64,000 nucleotides of DNA, taken from Styela clava. Taxonomy: Eukaryota. The notes beneath the pieces were generated by a model. The model did not search any database and was not told where the DNA came from. It saw only the letters and a program-made list of their open reading frames with translations. Shown here piece by piece: positions 1 through 13,106 of this stretch (position 1 is the stretch's first letter; every line of letters begins with the position of its first letter). The translations under genes and the position numbers were made by a program. The DNA lies in NCBI RefSeq assembly GCF_964204865.1, contig NC_135251.1, forward strand, positions 13,144,001 to 13,208,000. The letters run 5' to 3'.

Positions 1-327
1 AGGATACACGCCGCGAGATCGTGTTATTGTCCATTTGACATCGTCGCGATGCGCAAGTTTCCTTTGAAAATTTTTCCACGCTATTGAGTCAGAGCGAAGG
101 ATACACGCCGCGAGAGCGTATCTCGTTACTTATAATTACTCTTTAAGCAATGTCCATGTCCCTCTATCATCAGGTTCGGGGTTGCAGAATTCCGCGAGGC
201 TGTGTTTGAATACACACGGTGTCAATTTGAATTAGGAGCGGGTGAATCGAAACGGCAGTTTCTGTTTCGGGGGATCCCCTGACTGTCGATAGATAGGTCT
301 TCGGTCTCCGACCGATATTCTCGTTTT
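1..327 (+). mobile_element. 3' part of a HINE/Helentron-like (DINE-1-type) non-autonomous repeat
   Basis: Ends in a short hairpin plus ...cggtctccgaccgatattctcgtttt, nearly identical to the end of the element at 46381-46746; internal direct repeat ggatacacgccgcgaga (2, 99). Confidence 0.5.
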
Positions 328-487
328 AGGTTTTATGGATTGTGTAAAAAAACATCTGGTGTTCTTTCCATGCAAGGTACGAGACCAGGATACCCTACGG
401 CGCGCTAAACACTGGTATTTACTATTTACCGATGGGATTTATGCTACTAGGTAGCAATTGACTCGATATTTAAAACAATTCAATATA

Positions 488-928
488 CCGTGTTTCCCCG
501 AAAATGAGACTTATCCCGAAAATAAGACATAGCACGCCAGGGGCTTAATCCGCCCCTGGTATTTACCCATGGGATTAATGCTACTAGGTAGCAATTGACT
601 CAATATTTAAAACAATTCAATATACCGTGTTTCCCCGAAAATGAGACCCCTTAGAATAAGACCTAGTCGATGGCGCAAATATATATTTTTTGGCCTGGTC
701 GATAGCAAGAAATCTTTCCTACTCGTTTTAAAGAATTATTAATCTATGTTTAGCAGTTATTTCAAATGAAAACTTGTTAATTATAAATAAATGGATATCG
801 TGTTTCATATTTGAAAATCTCGTAATCATATAAAAGAAAATAAAAGACATCCCCTGAAAATAAGCCCTAGTATTATTTTTTTAGAGAAAATTGAAATAAG
901 ACATTGTCTTATTTTCGGGGAAAAACGG
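488..928. mobile_element. Tc1/mariner (pogo/Tigger-type) MITE with a duplicated left end
   Basis: TIR ta|CCGTGTTTCCCCGAAAATGAGAC (625, duplicated at 488) ... GTCTTATTTTCGGGGAAAAACGG|ta (928); TA target; a ~137-bp local tandem duplication includes the flank and left TIR. Confidence 0.75.
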
Positions 929-3727
929 TATTTATTTTCCATATTGTTTCCGATTCTTTTATGGTGACCGACAATGTACTAAATCACAATATAGTATAAA
1001 TATAATTTCACACATGTCTTCTGAACTCTACCACCAACTTGCTATAAAGCGTCGAAAAATGGGAGAAAAACTATCTGTCAACTTATTTTCTGTCTATTTT
1101 TAATATTTATATATTTCTACTCGTTTGTCAGTTAGATCCCAGTGTACAAAATGGTCTTGCGCCCCAATGGCATTCGACGTCGATTGGTGGCTGAAATCCT
1201 AGATTTGTTGCGCTCATTTACAAAATTTCAGACACATAGTTTTCCAAATATTCAGAATGGTCTTAACGTTATGCTCGTAGTAGGAAAATGATCAGGTATA
1301 CCATTCCATGTTTGCGTACGATTCTCAGCTGTGAAACACATCGAAAGTTTTTGACTAGACGTAGCAGGGTATATTCATTCGGTTGACGAATCGGCAGTAG
1401 GAAGATTTGGCAATAAACGATTTCGTTTAGCAGTTCGAGATGAACTGCAATATTTGAGGTAATGAGATCCACGAATAATTTGCTAATAATCGGAAAAAAT
1501 AGCAGCATCATTAGCGAGTTTGAAATTTCGCCAGAATTTTAAAAGCTGTGATAATGGCGGCATATTTCAGAAGTCAAGAAAAAATATGAAAAGTATTAAT
1601 TGAAATTTCAAACTAGGTGACTGTATTGGTGATCACGATTCCTAGAACATTGGAGAATATGTTATTTATCCAGGAAGGAATTAACGAATCAGTTTTGACA
1701 ATTTACACAAAAAAGGAGATAACAACATTTCGTCTATCTCGTGGTCAGTACGGTTTAAATATTTAGGAAGATCACATCGAGTAAATTATGACTGCAATTA
1801 GGTTGGCAAATAATTCCGTTTTGTTTCCGGACATATATAGAATAATTGATAATACGAGATCTGGTTAGGACCGATTTTTTTGTCAACGTTGTTGAATGTT
1901 GTTTATTTATGGCCTATCCAAGCAAACAGCGATTATTTTAACAGGAAACGTTTACGTGAAGCAGTTCTTCAAAGTGATTGAATATACTTTTTGGTATTTC
2001 AACTTTATCATTCTTAAAAGCAGAATGAACTTTACACCTCATTTCGTGAATATTTATGTATAGAACTATATATTACCGCGTATATAGGCTATATACCCAT
2101 ACATTTAAGGCGTTGAAAGACGTACTTTTTACTTTGTGAGGGACATTTAAATACAGATATGCTCGAGCACAGTTACCTTGAACAGAATCACAAAATAAAA
2201 TGCGAGTAGATTTTAGGATACCAAGGTTTTATCAGGCTCGGAATCGCTGGGGTACAGAACTTAGTCTTGAAGCACTTTCAATCCTGTCAACAATATTGAC
2301 TCACAGAAATCTATTATAAAACAATTTCATAAAAATCGATGTCACAAATATCCCTGAACCTATTCCCACTACCACAGAGAAAAATTCCAACAGATTACAC
2401 ACAAAATACTATAAATGTTCATTAATGTGAAACAGCAAGATGAAAAGTGTAAATATAAATATTTTTTTCAGGAATAATGCAAAATATTTGAAACAGTCTG
2501 AAATTCCCAATCAGCATGTGGTGGCACCAAACACTTTGAATTCTTAAATCAAAATTGGAAAATCAAAAACAATTGAAAGAAATTGAATATTATAATTTAA
2601 ACCCGTATTAAAGCTGCAAATTTCAAGAAAATAACCTTCTAATATAGAGTGATATGTAGATTTCAAACAAGCGCTACACAGTTTTGTGATGGTCAGTTTT
2701 TGACAAATCAAATGTAAAAGAATGTTAAGAAAGTATTCTTATTCGACAATGTATCCAAATTAAATGCACAATTTCTATAAAATAGTACATTTTGTATGGT
2801 AGAAAACAGGGGTTTCAAAGCCAGTTAAAAAAATTTTACACAGAATACGAAGAAAAAAGATCACACAATTTTACCGGGAAAGGGAAGCCGCAAAGAGCCA
2901 AAGCTGGTTGTCATGCTGTGAAAATCCAAGGGGCTAATATCTAATTAATAAGATGAATGTAGAATGAATTAACCAACTAAGAAATTTAAAAAGTCTGTTT
3001 GTGAATATTCACAGAATCAGCTTCGTTACTGTTCAATTTAAAATATTTTCATTCAAAATTTAATTAAAAATTATATTATTTGAAATTTACAACCGCAAGA
3101 TATCACAATATGAAACTCTTTCAATAGACAATTAGAATTAATGCACCACACGAACGCTAGTCTAAACATAATTGAACACAATATATTTTTTGCAATGAAA
3201 CATTCCCCACAAAACACTGAGTTTGTGATTATTAGCTTTAATCTACACTTTGCGAGAGTGATATCAATGACAAAACTACCCAAGTCATATTTTTCTAATA
3301 ATAAATGTTCTCGATGACATGTATAAAATAATTATCAATTACCTAATTTTTGTGTTTGATAAATCAATAACCACAGGAAATGAAAATAGTGCTATTTGTA
3401 ATATAATTTGTGGACTACCGAGATTCATGAGAAATTTAAAATTCAAATATCAACTATTTCTCAAGTTATTATTCTTGTATTATTATTCTCAAATAAATAC
3501 TTCACACCATAAAACGTTGAAAATCCTGCTATATTTACAGAAATAGAGTACACAAGTTTTTCTATAGTAATAGTTCACATCTTCAATAATGAGTACAATA
3601 ACATAACCTAATACAAATATTATTATCTCAAAACAGCAATCAATTCACAATATCTTGCATCATTTAGGGTGAGGAGTTTTTGTAAATGATACATGGTCCC
3701 ACTTCATACAGTGGATATCATAGCATT

Positions 3728-4447
3728 TCACTCATCATTGTCTTCCTGCGTCTCTGATGTCCACAATGTTAGGTTATCACGAAGCAACTGCAATATTAGA
3801 GTTGAATCCTTATATGACTCCTCACTCAATGTATCTAATTCTTTAATAGCCTCATCGAACGCAGTTTTAGCTAACGTGCAAGCCCTCTCAGGAGAATTGA
3901 GGATTTCGTAGTAAAACACAGAGAAGTTGAGAGCAAGTCCTAATTTGACTGGATGAGTTGCCGAAAGGCAGCTACCAGCTTCGTTTGCTTCCTTATAAGC
4001 AATTAAACCTGCTTCCGCAGCATCTTTCCGGTCTTTGCCAACCTGGAATTCAGCGAGGTAACGATTATAATCACCTTTCATTTTGTAGTAAAATACTTTT
4101 GCTTCTGCATTTTCTGCATCAACTTTGCTGATGAGATGCTCAACAAGTAGAGTGATTATATTTGTACAAAGTTGCTTCAGCTCGTCTTCGACTTGACCCT
4201 TGTATGCTTTCAGTAATACTTCATTCTTCTTATCATCGTCCCTGGCTTCTATGCTACTCAGTATTCTCCACGAAGCACGCCTTGCACCTATTACATTTTT
4301 GTATGCAACTGAGAGCAAGTTGCGTTCTTCTACACTCAACTCTTCTCCCAATTTGGACACCTTGTCCATGTACTCCACCATTTCATCATATCGTTCGGCT
4401 TTCTCCGCCAACTTTGCACCAAAAACTAGCTCTTCTCTCTCAGACAT
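3728..4447 (-). CDS. YWHAE: 14-3-3 protein, epsilon-like, 239 aa, single coding exon
   Basis: Hallmark motifs [84 protein letters not shown]; [19 protein letters not shown] are epsilon-type. Family certain, isoform name less so. Confidence 0.95.
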   Translation of the reverse strand: MSEREELVFGAKLAEKAERYDEMVEYMDKVSKLGEELSVEERNLLSVAYKNVIGARRASWRILSSIEARDDDKKNEVLLKAYKGQVEDELKQLCTNIITLLVEHLISKVDAENAEAKVFYYKMKGDYNRYLAEFQVGKDRKDAAEAGLIAYKEANEAGSCLSATHPVKLGLALNFSVFYYEILNSPERACTLAKTAFDEAIKELDTLSEESYKDSTLILQLLRDNLTLWTSETQEDNDE

Positions 4448-4486
4448 GATACGATGAAAAAAAATCCAAAAAAATTTTGCAAAGTA

Positions 4487-5710
4487 CTGACAAACATTAG
4501 ATAAAAAGAGTCGGTTAGTAATTATTGATAAAGATATGGACCATATTGTGGATGAGCATGGGCAAAATATGACACCAGTCTTACAGACTTAGAAACAAGG
4601 CTGTATGATGGGTTCTGAATTCAGGCTAATAAAAAGTAAATCAAAATTCAGAATAGACTATCATAAGTATGTACGGTACAGCTGTAAGGGTTTTGGTGTA
4701 GTTTCGTACCTATAGTACTTCTAGTGGGCTTAGCATAACAATTTTTGCATATGTCGATCCTGAACCCCACCAGACTGCGTCATCCAAAAATTACGTCACT
4801 ACGACATCACAATGATGTAATAAGGATCTTCAAACTATATGCACTGTCATCCAAAGCGTGCAGACGATCACTCAAAATGGAACAAGTTATTTCTCTCGTT
4901 TTCTTGTCGCAACGATCCCGATACGAGAGAGATCGCTGCCGTTACTGAGTTCTTTATCGTCGGCGGAGATGCCATTTCGGGCGATCATAGGTATACTTTG
5001 GCAAGATATATGACGTTTTTGTGACATCGTAGTGACATAATTTTTGGATGGCGTAGTCAGGTGGGGGTTAGGATTGTCATGTGCAAAAATCCTTTTGCTA
5101 AGCCCACGAGAAGTACTTTAGGTACGAAACTACACTAGACCCGCTGTAAAGTGTGAAAAAGTCATCAAAAACATAGGATTTACATATTTAACTGTAAGAA
5201 GGATGAAAAGGAATATTTCTAAGACTTTAAGGGGAGACCTTACACCAAAGGCTGACAGAAAGGCTATTTCTCTGTCCTCATCCACTTAAAACTACTGATA
5301 TTATTCCTATTTCGATATGTGTACTGCAATACAATGTGCGTACTTTCATTTTGAAAATTCCAAATCAGGCAAAAGACCACGGTACAGGATTAATGATAGA
5401 TAACTGGGGTCTAGTGAAGTAAACGTTGTAACTTCTTGGATAACACCTAACAAAAGTTTCAACTAAGCAGGTAGGCTACAACCCATGCCTGCATGCCATT
5501 TAGAGTATTGCATTCGTGTTGTTTCATTAAAAAATAAAAATAAAATCTTGGGTTGTATTTTCACATCACATTGTTTGGCGTTATTTAAGCACTCACAGCA
5601 TTCAATTTCACCCCACATTTGTGTTCGGCGTTATTTAAGCAGTTACGACATTTAGGCTACTTCACAAGACCTGACTAGCCTGTACAGTGGAAACGAAAAA
5701 TCCAACTTAC
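4487..5710 (-). other. Probable 5'-UTR intron of the 14-3-3 gene (the acceptor could instead be a trans-splice site)
   Basis: Minus-strand acceptor ctaatgtttgtcAG (4487-4488) 40 nt upstream of the ATG with a CTAAT branch motif; strong minus-strand donor TTC|GTAAGT at 5710. Confidence 0.45.
4689..5142. mobile_element. MITE with ~130-bp TIRs, Merlin-like (GG termini, 8-bp TSD), copy 1
   Basis: TIR gg..gtgtagtttcgtacct..agtacttct.gtgggcttagca...; TSD gctgtaag/gctgtaaa; homologous and inverted relative to 49353-49803. Confidence 0.8.
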
Positions 5711-7249
5711 GAAAACTCTTATCGAAAAAATATTGTTTCGACTAACGTAAGGATTTTCTACATACAAAAGGCCAAAAATGGAAAATATTAAACGTGTGTG
5801 TTTTTAACGAATATTTGACATGACAATAAATTAAACCTGACATGGAAGGGTTTCGATTAGCGCCGACTCGAAGTGCACATACCACTTCGAGGATGTTTTT
5901 GATTGGAAACATTTCACAATTATTATCGTATATTTTAATTTAGTCGAGACCTCGGCAGTAAATCTAAAAGCAAATTGTGTAATTTATTGTTTCCATCCTC
6001 AGTGACCCTTCGATAGTGACCCAACATAACGGGAAATTTTTTCATTTCTTGCAATTTAGAGCGTATAAAGTAGCTCATTAATATTAATTAGGATCAATCG
6101 CGAATTTTATTGTTAACCCGGCGTCGTTGTGACAATATCGTTCAGTTTGATGGTATTAATTTAATATTAAAAATAAAATCATAACAGCCGACATGATATA
6201 TTTCAAATAGCGTCAACTCGAACAGTCTTAATTTTAATTCTCCATGATTAGCAGATGGGAATCGGGTTTACTCATTTATTTATGACATTGATCGTGTAAT
6301 AACATTTGGGTTTTACTGAATCAACGAATGGTTTGATGACCATGATAGAAATTAGGCCGTGGTTGCTGCCCTGTACGTCGCCCAACAACTAGTTGCCGTC
6401 CCATTGCCACGTTTGTTTCCCGTGGATACGCACAATGTGTCCTCGCACAGTTTCAGATGCTCAAAAAAGACGATTATACACGTAACAATTAAAACAATAG
6501 AAAATGAAGTGATGAAGAAAATAAAACTAGAAAAGCAAACAAAAAACGGAAGAGTGAAAAAAAAGAATAAATATTAATTTCATGTGCGCTTGCTCCTTTT
6601 CGCACATCACGCTCTCTCCCAGCTGTCAACTTTTAACGCCTTCTCTCACCTCCTTCGAGTTCCGACCGCCATCCTCCACTACGCACGGCCTTCGCTTAGC
6701 CTAGTCGTCCAACGCCAAGGTAAAAAAACATACCGTTTGTAGATATTATTCGTTATTTCTCTGATCTTCCTTCTTCCTAAGGGTACCGGTATCACTTTCG
6801 CTTAACACGGGAACCACAGTCTACAAATACTGAAATATATGGAAAGTGAACATTGATTGATTGATTGAACACCGAGCGTACCGGTAACAGTACCGGTAGT
6901 TTAACTTAACCTCAAAAACCTTTTCTAGTTTATTGAGAAATAATTTGAAATACCAACTGATAACAGTAAATACCGCAGTCAACAAATATATGGTCACGAA
7001 GCGAAGCTGTAGTAATAGTCAACTAGCTAAGAAGTTATCGCAAACCGTTGCATTGCTGCATTGCGGGTACCGGTAACCCCAAACATCTCGATTCCCCATA
7101 AACAACTCTTAGCGGAGCAAGAATTACGATCGATTCTCAGTTGATATGCCTTCGCGCAATCGCCACAAGGTGTCACTATTTTTTATTTTGATCACTTCTT
7201 TGAACACAAAAAACGAATCTCTCGAAGTCCACAGGAAATTTTAAAATAA

Positions 7250-8700
7250 ATAAAAGTAATATCTTCAATCACTGAAAATTTCAAAGCAATTGGTCCAGTA
7301 TTCGAAGAGAAAAGCGACTTTTTAAAAACGTGTCAAAGAACAAGAACAACAACAAGAGAGCTATGCTCAAATATATGGACACGTAGAGTCACATAATTTT
7401 GATGACGTCATAGCGAAAAAAAAGTAATAGCCTTCTGGAGAAAATTTTTATCTTTAACCACTAAAAATTTCAAAGCAATTGGTCCAGTATTCGAAGAGAA
7501 AAGCGACTTTTAAAAACGTGTCAAGCGGTACTGAGTTAGCAGTCAGGCAGCATCTTACCTGTACACTGTAGGCCATATACGGTAATTGATCACAGAACAG
7601 TTGTTCCCTTGCAAATTTTATGTTGTTTACACTTTAGGACAGATAATTGATCACAGAACAATTCTTCCCTTTCAAATTTTATGTTGTTTCCAGTAGACTC
7701 TCATCAAAATAAACAAATATAGTAGGCTACAAGTGCTACAACGCTTGCATTACTGCACTGGTAGGACCGTGAAAGAATAAGTTACGGTAATTTCATTGTG
7801 GTAAGACACCGGTACCGGCACCGGTACCAGTATCGTACTTACGTACTGAGCTACCAGTACCGGTTAGCAGTCAGCCAGCATCTTACCTGTACACTGTAGG
7901 CCATATACGGTACCGTAATTGATCACAGAACAGTTGTTCCCTTGCAAATTTTATGTTGTTTACACTTTAGGACAGATAATTGATCACAGAACAATTCTTC
8001 CCTTTCAAATTTTATGTTGTTTCCAGTAGACTCTCGTCAAAATAAACAAATATAGTAGGCTACAAGTGCTACAACGCTTGCATTACTGCACTGGTAGGAC
8101 CGTGAAAGAATAAGTTACGGTAATTTCATTGTGGTAAGACACCAGTACCAGTATCGTACTTACGTACTGAGCTACCAGTACCGGTACCGAACCTGTAGGT
8201 CTGATATTCCGTTCCGCATACGATAGGCTATAAAACTTGCATTGCAGCATTAGTAATACCGCGGAAGGAATAAGTCAATTTCACTGCGTTACGGTACCTG
8301 TATGGCAACTTACCAGTACCGACCTACAGTAGCTGTAGTACTGAGCAAGACAATCGATCGCGAAACCGCTTGAAATAAGTGTAAAACAGTGTTCCCATGA
8401 GTAAAAATAAATACCGCGAAATTTTGTATGAAATATCATATCTCATAGGATTCATATAAAATTTAAGAATAAACAAAAGTAATAGCCTTCTAGCGAAAAA
8501 ATTAATCTTTAACCACTGAAAATTTCAAAGCAATTGGTCCAGTATTCGAAGAGAAAAGCGACTTTTTAAAAACGTGTCAAAGAACAACAAGAACAAGAAC
8601 AAGAACAACAACAACATAATATTGAAACGATCGTTATGTCCACTACGTGTCCAACAACATAATATTGAAACGATCGTTATGTCCATTTCGTGTCCAAAAA
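7250..8700. repeat. Cluster of a HINE/Helentron-like repeat family (7250-7526, 8380-8700) enclosing a ~330-bp tandem duplication (7535-7862 / 7863-8185)
   Basis: Unit aaaagtaatagccttct...tctttaaccactgaaaatttcaaagcaattggtccagtattcgaagagaaaagcgactttttaaaaacgtgtcaaagaacaa(caa)n repeated here, inverted at 15055-15735 and degenerate at 27290-27645; acaagagagctatgctcaaatatatggacacg terminus. Confidence 0.7.
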
Positions 8701-8713
8701 CAGTATGTATGAG

Positions 8714-11700
8714 CAATGACTTTAAACAACATGATAGGCAACTCTGACGTCACTCCATAAGACTACAGGCGAAAGATTGTATTTCATGATACGCTCCAAT
8801 GCACATATTTCTCGTCGCCTTTCGCGTCCGTTTTCCGCTCGCTTTTGCTACTCGGCGTCTTTTTTACGTGTAGTACCTGTCTTTTTGCGCCTGTAACGAA
8901 ACAAAATAATCTCTATATCTAAGAAGTTTTGCTCACTTGGAAAGCTGGAATGGCAGGCAAGCTGTAAAGAGCAATTTTGGACATCATAGACGTTTATTTT
9001 TATAAGAGAAGATTACAAACGCGATAGCGGAAAGATTTGTGTGGAACATTTTGCAGATAATGATAAAGTTTAAAATTAGTAATTTTAATGTTTGCGCTTA
9101 ATCATTGAAATTTCATTTAAAGAGGGTGTCATACAAAACTGTGCTGTGATACAATTCCATAACACAAAGTTTGCACTTATCGAACTTGCTTTTGTAGGTG
9201 AATTTATTAGACATATTACATATTCAGTTAATCGTAGGTAACATTGCTGGTACATAATGCATCGTAGATAGGTTTGTTTAAATTTAGGAATTTAGCTCAT
9301 AGCCCACTGATTAATATTATCTTCTATGCGGGAGGTTGCAGGGCTGAATTCAACCAGCAGCCTTACCGACCACCGGACGATGCTCATTTAGTTGGCTCGA
9401 GCAAGTCTTCTTGAAATGCTTGTGTGGATGGAAACTACCTATCTTTTTTGCCTTCCTCCGATTTTAGACAAATTTATTATGAGGGATTTCGCATATAATT
9501 CTCTTTGATTGTTGGCTGTTTATAATTCCTATTGATTGTGAATTCTGATTATAACAAAGAGTTAAAAAATTTTTTATCTAATTTACTGGCACCTTTTTCT
9601 TGTCAATACTCCAAGCTGAGGTAATAAACAAGACAATACATTTATGTCATCTGGAAGCAAAATATGCACACTAAATAATAGTTTGGCACATTGAGATAAT
9701 ACATCATGACAGAAAATACAAGTTAAAGATATGTATGACCATCACATGGTAATTAAAATTAAAAAAAATTAATAGGGGCTGTGGAGTATGAAAAGTTCAA
9801 GACAAAGAAAAGAACAAATGTTCATAGCTCATGAACTCTCAATTTTGCCTCCATTGCTTTGTGAAGGCCAATATATTTCGAGTGGCAGAATTGGTTTACC
9901 TTTATGATAGCAACGATTTTGTATTTAATATAGCGAGATTATTTCAATTTAATTGAAGTGATATTATTTCCCAAAGCAATGCTTGAATCGTCTAGAATAG
10001 ATCAGTGGTGTCAAACTTATGGGTTTTCGAGAGCCGCATTGCATTTTGGAAATTGTAAAAAGAGCCGCAAACAGTTTTTGATAATGTATACTTGAAAGAT
10101 ATTTTTAAGATAGTTTTAGTTTGTGACATATATTGTGATGCAACTAAACAGTTGAATTAAGTTTTATTATTTTCTTCAATTTCAAATGCAATTACATATT
10201 AATATTTGCGTTCCACTATTATTGCAACATTTGCAAGTTACTGTATTTATTACAAAAAATCATAAAATTCTATGTACAACCATCAAAATCATTTTTGAAC
10301 AAGCTTTGAATAAGGAAAGAATAATACATACACTAAAAATAACTTAATCTAAATATATGAACCTAAAATTAACAAAAATACTACAGTACAAACTCAATGT
10401 TTTAATAATTACATTTGTCCTGACGTTTGGCATCTTTTTTGTGTCACCAGCATACTAGAGCCAGGATGAAATGATTTTATAGTACCAACTCTAACTAACG
10501 AGGCCACATGATCATGGGTTAATCTGGATCTTTGCGAATGTCTAATTAATTCCAGTAATGCAAAAAAGTTACTTTTATCATTTCATGTATAGATCAGTAA
10601 AAAAACAAATGACAGATTTTTTCGACAAGACATTTCGCACCACATTGCGTGGCATAGGATTGCTTGAATTATTATTGATATTGATTTTTAGTAACTAAGT
10701 CGTTGTATAATTATATTAATATACAAACACATGGAAATTTTCTGTTCGAAGTTGGTCTTCGAATTTGTCATATTGACTGCTGAGCTTATTGTGTTTTTTT
10801 CATTGTATTGATGGAAATATGACAAATTAAACAATGTGCTTCAGAATTTTGTGAAAAGCAGTTTGTTACAACTCCCATTTTCTTCGAAAATGCCACCTTC
10901 TTCATGTACTTTGCGTTTAATTTAATCACTCAAGTGTTTTATTCAAGTATTCTTTTGCAAGCTTGATGTGTATTCTTAATTGGGTCAAAATGTGGACAAA
11001 AAAAATTAATATTCCAAAACTACTTTCAGTAAATTGTTTTCTGTGTAAATAATCAATTTCACTTTAAAAGGTTTGAAAAATCTATTACATTTAGATAAAA
11101 AAAAACTTCCAAAATACTATTACAATTATTGTTAAGCGTTCGAAGGCCGCACTGGAAGTTCTCTGGGGCCGCGAGTTTAAGATCCCTGGTCTAGATTGAA
11201 GTTGTCCAAAAAATATATGATAGTATTTTATCATGAATGATGATCATACCCCTTCCGGAATTTCTTCTATAGTACTACCAAAAGTTGATGAACCAAATAT
11301 AACACAGGTGCAGTGAGTTACCCGTAATCCTCATTTTCCAAAGCTGTTTTAAGTATGTCTGGCGTGTTTTATGCCTTTTTACAAATAAGACCGAGTATAC
11401 AATTTTACGCTTTGGAATTTTTAGTTATTTTCCTCAAGCCCTGCAGGATGTGGGGGCCATACACAACTCTACCGGAGGGTCAAATGTCTTTGCATGCCTC
11501 CATAGGTTGTTTTTCTATTGCAGAGTACTCTAATTATATTTCTTGGAATCACACTGTCACTGATATGTCGCCAGACTTCTGATATCTCCCCTTCTGCTAT
11601 AGTTGTCCTGGGAATAAATAATAGGAAATTGAGATTAGACGAATAGTTGAAAGTTTTGCTTTATGTCGGCTTAATTTCTTGATTGATATACTTACTATTT

Positions 11701-12518
11701 CTGCTATTGCCTCTTGCGCTGTAGGAGTCTCACAATGCTTAGACAGGTTTGTCCACAACTTTCACATCTGAAGAAAGAGAGGAGATTTATTAATTTTCGT
11801 TATGAATAAATAAAGCAGTCTATATGATTTAGAATGGAAAAGCTAATAAATCCAATATCTCATGTTTTATGTAAAAAATATTTCACTGAATTTGGTATAT
11901 AAACCAACTAATAAAAGGGTTTAGTCAGAAAATTACAAGCATTCGTGGCTCCAAATACTTGAGAGATCAGACTATACAATATAGACCGGTATGAGTGAAA
12001 TGTTAGGTGAACTTGTTAACACTTTGATTCAATACGCAAATAAAAGAAAATGCGCAATAGTATGTTACAATAAGCAGCAATCAACAATGAGTATATATTC
12101 TCACTGATTAAAAAAATCTAACTGGAGGTGCACGAACTATTTGAAACTGTAAGGGGTAAGTAAATATGTAATTTAGGCAAATGGGCAACTACGTACCGTA
12201 CTGAATTAATAACTTCGTAGTATTTGACAAAGGCTGGCTTTCCCACATGTACTTAACAGTGCGATGTCCGGGTGTGATATACAACAATAGTATTTACCTT
12301 ACCTTTTTTCCGATTTCTTTTTACCTTAACTTTCTAAAATATCATTAAAATCGACAACAACTGTTAAAGCAGGCACGAACACCATTCGTGCTACGCGTTG
12401 TAAGCAGCACACATCCGCTCGTTTTCGTCTCGTCAAGTATGTGCATTGGAGCGTGCTATCGAATACGATCTTCGGACAAAAATGCCGGAGTTGCGCATCA
12501 TGTTGTTTAATGTCATTG
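8714..12518. mobile_element. Decayed P-superfamily-like DNA transposon (~3.8 kb including a nested hAT)
   Basis: ~100-bp imperfect TIRs CAATGACTTTAAACAACATGAT...GCTCCAATGCACATA at both ends; perfect 7-bp TSD GTATGAG (8707-8713, 12519-12525); THAP-type remnant SGKICVEHFADND near 9026-9064. Confidence 0.75.
10003..11188 (-). mobile_element. Internally deleted hAT (Buster/Charlie/SPIN-type) element nested in the P-like element
   Basis: CAGTGGTGTCAAACT...AGTTTAAGATCCCTG termini, gtctagat target; minus-strand transposase remnants KRKVHEEGGIFEE (N-term) and RSRLTHDHVASLVRVGT...KRCQTSGQM* (C-term, ~10410-10550). Confidence 0.8.
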
Positions 12519-13106
12519 GTATGAGTGAGTATGACTCAGCAGCTAAATTACTGTTGCCAGTAAACAGATAAGTTAAGAATACCAAAATATGCAATACAAA
12601 TTATATTATACAAGTGACAAAACGAATACATTATCAGCAGAGTTGGTTCATTATATTCCATTTTGGACACTTTAGTGGACATAAAGATCGTTTTGGTGTT
12701 TTCGTTGTTCTTGTTTGACACGTTAGTGGACACAACGATCGTTTTGTTATTCTGTTGTTCTTTGACATAGAATAGAACACTTGGGGGAAATATTAAAAAA
12801 ACGCTTTTCTTACGCTATAGCAAACATCAGTTTGCTATAGATAGATAGTTTATTTCGAAAACTCCATAACAAACATAAATTAAAAATGAAGAATTCTAGA
12901 GGGCAAGCAGAACCTATAAAAAGTTTAAAACATGAGAAGTATCTCATGTGCCTGCCCACCAGCACGCACACAAAAACACAAGCCCAGTTAAATGAGGCTT
13001 GGGCCAAATTTGACAAACAAAATACACGATAGTATTAAACTTTCGGGCTGTTGTGCTTTCAAGAATTACATTGATAATGACCAATACCTACAACCTCATG
13101 CAATGA

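Noticed and set aside
1269-1560. Faint THAP-like peptide on the minus strand (NFKLANDAAIFSDY...KRNRLLPNLPT)
   Set aside because: Key Cys/His residues are missing, stops are present and no element termini were found; too weak to call
4745-5024. Short ORFs here resemble ORF 49482..49700
   Set aside because: Both lie inside copies of the same MITE; the similarity reflects the repeat, not a gene family
6600-6725. GC/pyrimidine-rich stretch ending in AAG|GTAAAA as a first exon
   Set aside because: No downstream exon or gene could be linked to it; may be a repeat fragment
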